Origin: Tubiluchus corallicola
Lineage: Eukaryota; Animalia; Priapulida
Direction: 5' to 3'
DNA: 21,464 bases
Assembly: GCA_030141605.1 (NCBI GenBank)
Contig: JAQGDQ010002480.1
Location: forward strand, 1-21,464
The stretch's first letter is position 1. Each line of letters opens with the position of its first letter. The notes below the pieces were generated by a model. That model was given only the letters and a program-made list of their open reading frames with translations. It was not told where the DNA came from and made no database searches. The translations under genes were made by a program, and so were the position numbers. This document shows, piece after piece, positions 18,009 through 21,464 of this stretch.

Positions 18009-19082
18009 ATGACATTGATTATGAATAGACTATTTTCATTGCTACTAACAGGTTCTCTGTTCTTTTATTTAGCTGCCTGTGGAGGGAAAAAATCGCAAGA
18101 TGAAGCCTTATCTAAACAGTTGGATGAAGACATTAAAGATCAACTTTCTTTTTTTCAGCCACTTATGGGTGTTGCAGAAAGTCCAGATAATCCAATTACA
18201 GATGCTAAGGTGTTATTGGGCAAAGTGTTGTTCCATGATACACGCCTATCAAAGGAAGGAAATATAAGTTGTAACTCATGTCATAACCTTTCCACTTTTG
18301 GAGTAGATAATTTGCCAACCTCTCCCGGAGATGAAGGGAAACATGGAGACAGAAACTCTCCAACAGTCTTTAATGCAGCGGTAAATACTTCTCAATTTTG
18401 GGATGGACGAGCAAAAGATGTAGAAGAGCAGGCAGGAATGCCTATCCTTAATCCCATAGAAATGGCTATTCCAAGTGAAGAGTTTTTAGTTAAAAGATTA
18501 GAAAAAATAAAAGAGTATCAAATGTTGTTTAAAGATGCTTATCCAGAAGATAAAAACCCAATTACTTATAAAAACTTAACGCATGCAATAGCAGCTTTTG
18601 AAAGAACACTTTTGACGCCTTCAAAATTTGATTCTTATTTGAAAGGCAAAAAAAATGCTTTAACAATTGAAGAAAAACAGGGATTAAAAGAATTTTTGTC
18701 CATAGGTTGCGTTACTTGCCATACTGGTCCTGCACTAGGAGGCAATATGTTGCAGAAATTTGGTGTTTTTGACACCTACCAAAAATATACAAAAAGTAAA
18801 AAGGTAGATGAAGGAAAATTCCAAGAAACTAAAAACGAACAAGATAAATTTGTATTCAAATCTTCTTCATTAAGAAATATAGAGAAAACTTATCCGTATT
18901 TTCATGATGGAAGTGTTGACTCTTTGTCAACGGCTGTGCAAATTATGGCAAAAGTGCAATTGGGAAAAGACCTAACTCCGCAACAAACAAACAGTATTGT
19001 TACTTTTTTGAAAACACTAACATCAGATATTTCTGATGAAGATAAAGAAGTACCTGATATTCTTAACACAATGAATAAATGA
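18009..19082 (+). CDS. ccpA: Di-haem cytochrome c peroxidase (CCP/MauG family), lipoprotein
   Basis: Two CxxCH motifs (CNSCH, CVTCH), LFHDTRLS, RNSPTVFNA, QFWDGRA, QAGMPILNPIEM, LRNI, YPYFHDGS. Lipobox LAAC. The start may instead be ATG 18021. Confidence 0.9.
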   Translation: MTLIMNRLFSLLLTGSLFFYLAACGGKKSQDEALSKQLDEDIKDQLSFFQPLMGVAESPDNPITDAKVLLGKVLFHDTRLSKEGNISCNSCHNLSTFGVDNLPTSPGDEGKHGDRNSPTVFNAAVNTSQFWDGRAKDVEEQAGMPILNPIEMAIPSEEFLVKRLEKIKEYQMLFKDAYPEDKNPITYKNLTHAIAAFERTLLTPSKFDSYLKGKKNALTIEEKQGLKEFLSIGCVTCHTGPALGGNMLQKFGVFDTYQKYTKSKKVDEGKFQETKNEQDKFVFKSSSLRNIEKTYPYFHDGSVDSLSTAVQIMAKVQLGKDLTPQQTNSIVTFLKTLTSDISDEDKEVPDILNTMNK

Positions 19083-19302
19083 GTGAGTGAAGTTTTCAAA
19101 ACCAACATGCAATTATATTACATTAATAAAAGGAGTGAGATATGTAGATAAATAAAACGCATTTCTTTAAACCAATTAAAAAGAATAAATAATACGGTAG
19201 ATTAATTATGTATGTATTATTATTAAATTCTTAGGTTTGTTTATTTGGCTTTCTTTTAGAAAAAGGATAGCTCGTATTTTTAGTTTTAAAATTGACAATT
19301 GA

Positions 19303-19843
19303 ATAGAGTTATATGTTTTAGCACCTTTACTTGTTTTACTGCTAATTACTTTTAGCTGGTTTTATTTGAAATGCGATAGCAAAAGCTTTGAATATGGGTT
19401 AGGTTGTAATTTTAGCAAAAAAAAAATCACCATAAATTTAATTCCTCAGACAGACCAATATGGCTCATTCACCCTTAAATAATGATGAAGATTTTGAGTT
19501 GATTGGTAATGGCTTTGGGTATAAAAAAAGTAGTTTTATTCTCAAAAACTTTTTAGACTATGGCTATAACGACACTTCAGTAATAGTAAAATGTACAGAT
19601 AGCTTAAATAACGTCAAATATTTATCTTCCTATGAAACACGATATAAAAGTAGCAAAGGAAATCCTGAAATTGGCTTCGAAGAAATAAATGAAGCTGAAT
19701 TTAATCAACTCAATAAAAACTATAGATGGGTTGAGTTGGATGAAGAAAAGATGGGGGAGATAATACACTATAGGTTATTCTCATTTGTAGGTGCAGTATT
19801 TTCATTACTGCTTCTACTTTGGCATCTAATAATAAAATGCTAA
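19303..19843 (+). pseudogene. Hypothetical membrane protein with N- and C-terminal hydrophobic helices; frameshifted near 19472, start codon unclear
   Basis: Frame open 19303-19482 (IELYVLAPLLVLLLITFSWFYLKCDSKSFEYGLGCNFSKKKITINLIPQTDQYGSFT). Removing one C from ACCC joins it to ORF 19460-19843 (LNNDEDFELIG...FSFVGAVFSLLLLLWHLIIKC). No in-frame ATG in the upstream segment. Confidence 0.5.
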
Positions 19844-20207
19844 TATGGTAGTAATACGACTGTCGGAAATATATTATATGTTGGCAGAGTGTTATTTGCG
19901 TGGGCATGGTGGAGGTGGAGCAAATGAAGCTATAGACTTAGTAAACTTAGTAAGAAGAAGAAATTTTGATCCTGATACGTGGGATGCTAATAGGCTTGAG
20001 TCTCTTGAACTAGATGATATGCTGAAAGAATGGGGAATAGAGTTTTTAGGTGAGTTTAGAAGGCGCTTTGATTTGATAAGATTTGGAAAATTTATTGACG
20101 AAGAGTGGTGGGATAAAAAACCATCACAAAACTTCAGAGAACTTTATCCAATACCTAGAAGAGCATTAAACACAAATAGGATTTTGAAGCAAAACACAGG
20201 GTGTTAG
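19836..20207 (+). pseudogene. susD: 5'-truncated susD remnant (C-terminal ~120 aa only)
   Basis: NANMVVIRLSEIYYMLAEC, VNLVRRRNF, EWGIEFLGEFRRRFDLIRFGKF, LYPIP...LKQNTG are SusD C-terminal motifs. In-frame TAA at 19833-19835, no signal peptide, no adjacent susC. Confidence 0.8.
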
Positions 20208-20257
20208 AAAGGCTTTTGTTAAACTCAATTCTGCAAGCTTCTTTTTTTCCTTAAGTT

Positions 20258-21443
20258 TTATATTACTTTTAGTTCTTTACCTACTTCTATAAAAGCGCTT
20301 ATTGCCCTGTCTAAATCTTCTGTTTCATGTGCTGCAGATATTTGTACTCTAATACGAGCCTTTTCTTTTGGTACTACGGGGAAATAAAACCCAATGACGT
20401 AAATACCCTTGGTTAACAATTTTTGTGAAAATTGTTGTGATAAAACAGCGTCATAAAGCATGATAGGAACAATGGGGTGTTCTCCAGGAATAATATCAAA
20501 CCCAGAAGTAGTTATTTTTTCTCTAAAATATTTAGTGTTTTTTTCTAATTTATCTTTTAGAGCTGTTGAGTGTTGTAGTATATCTAATGCTTTGATAGTA
20601 GCCCCTGCAATAGAAGGAGCTAAAGTGTTTGAAAACAAATAAGGACGTGATTTCTGCCTTAGCATGTCTATAATTTCCTTTTTGCCCGATGTAAACCCTC
20701 CTGATGCTCCCCCAAGTGCTTTGCCAAAAGTTCCCGTAATGATATCTATCTTGTCTACTACATTTTTTAACTCATGCACTCCTCTACCTTTTTTCCCTAT
20801 GAACCCCGTAGCGTGCGACTCATCAGACATGACTAATGCATTATATTTTTCTGCTAATTCACAAATTATATCCAATTGGCTAATAGTACCATCCATAGAA
20901 AACACACCATCTGTAACAATAATTCTATGTTTAGCACTTTGACACTCTTTTAACTTTTTTTCTAAGTCATTCATATCGTTGTTTTTATACCGAAATCTTT
21001 GAGCTTTACAAAGCCTTATTCCATCAATAATAGAGGCGTGATTGAGTTCGTCAGAGATAATGGCAGATTCTTTATCAAAAAGAGTTCAAAAGCCCCCCAT
21101 TGGCATCAAATGCAGCAGCATACAGAATAGTATCTTCTGTTCCTATGAAGTTTGATACTTTCTCTTCTAATTTTTTATGGATATCTTGCGTCCCACAAAT
21201 AAACCTTACAGAAGATAAGCCAAAGCCATGAGTGTCCAATGTTTTTTAGCGGCATCAACAATTTCGGGGTGGAAGAGAGGCCTAAATAGTTATTTGCACA
21301 AAAATTAATAACTTTTTTTCTTTTGAAGTGGAAATGTTTGCCCCTTGTGGTGATGTAATTATTCGCTCTTGCTTATATAATCCTATCTGCTTTAATTCTT
21401 GTAGTTTATTGATTAATTCTGATCGTAGAGTTGAATATGTCAT
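20258..21443 (-). CDS. kbl: Glycine C-acetyltransferase (2-amino-3-ketobutyrate CoA ligase); five apparent single-base deletions in the 5' part
   Basis: ATG 21443: [34 protein letters not shown]. Corrected frames give [80 protein letters not shown] (PLP Lys), [11 protein letters not shown]. 1186+5 nt = 396 aa plus stop. Confidence 0.93.
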
Positions 21444-21464
21444 TTGTTGTTTTGTTTAAATAAG
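21425..21464 (-). repeat. Right copy of the 40-bp inverted repeat, covering the kbl leader and codons 1-6; reaches the window end and may be longer
   Basis: Reverse complement identical to 14819-14858. Confidence 0.95.

Noticed and set aside
20208-20257. Terminator between the susD remnant and kbl
   Set aside because: A T-run is present but the stem (AGGCTT/AAGCTT) is weak with a long loop.
239-20942. Short antisense or overlapping ORFs in the track (e.g. 239-421, 1582-1824, 3220-3555, 10040-10246, 17053-17349, 20664-20942)
   Set aside because: They are shadows of well-supported genes on the opposite strand or in another frame, with no recognisable motifs.
14819-21464. Transposon or IS terminal inverted repeats
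   Set aside because: No transposase or integrase inside the block, and the repeat is derived from the kbl gene start. A target-site duplication cannot be assessed at the window edge.
1-21464. CRISPR arrays, tRNA/rRNA genes, phage or defence genes
   Set aside because: No spaced direct repeats, structured-RNA signatures or matching protein motifs were seen by eye; intergenic regions are short and AT-rich.

Overview
AT-rich Bacteroidota DNA, probably Cytophagales/Flavobacteriales-like (inferred from SusC/SusD genes, a T9SS C-terminal domain and TAnnTTTG promoter motifs). The left 12.4 kb is a minus-strand cluster: susC-susD, PhoA-family alkaline phosphatase, an uncharacterised 762-aa lipoprotein (beta-propeller plus probable catalytic helical domain), then a second susC-susD that runs off the window. 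No classical CAZyme is present and a calcineurin-like metallophosphoesterase is transcribed divergently, so this looks like an organophosphate-scavenging locus rather than a glycan PUL. Next come an orphan RsbV/RsbW-like pair, folD, an M43 metalloprotease with T9SS CTD, a di-haem cytochrome c peroxidase, a broken membrane-protein gene, a 5'-truncated susD remnant and kbl. The most striking non-coding feature is a perfect 40-bp inverted repeat (14819-14858 / 21425-21464) containing the kbl leader and first six codons and bracketing the 6.6-kb folD..kbl block. It could mark an invertible segment, a promoter-capturing rearrangement or an assembly/amplification chimera. About ten single-base indels, nearly all in homopolymers, break susC1, folD, the protease, the membrane protein and kbl, and are most likely sequencing errors.
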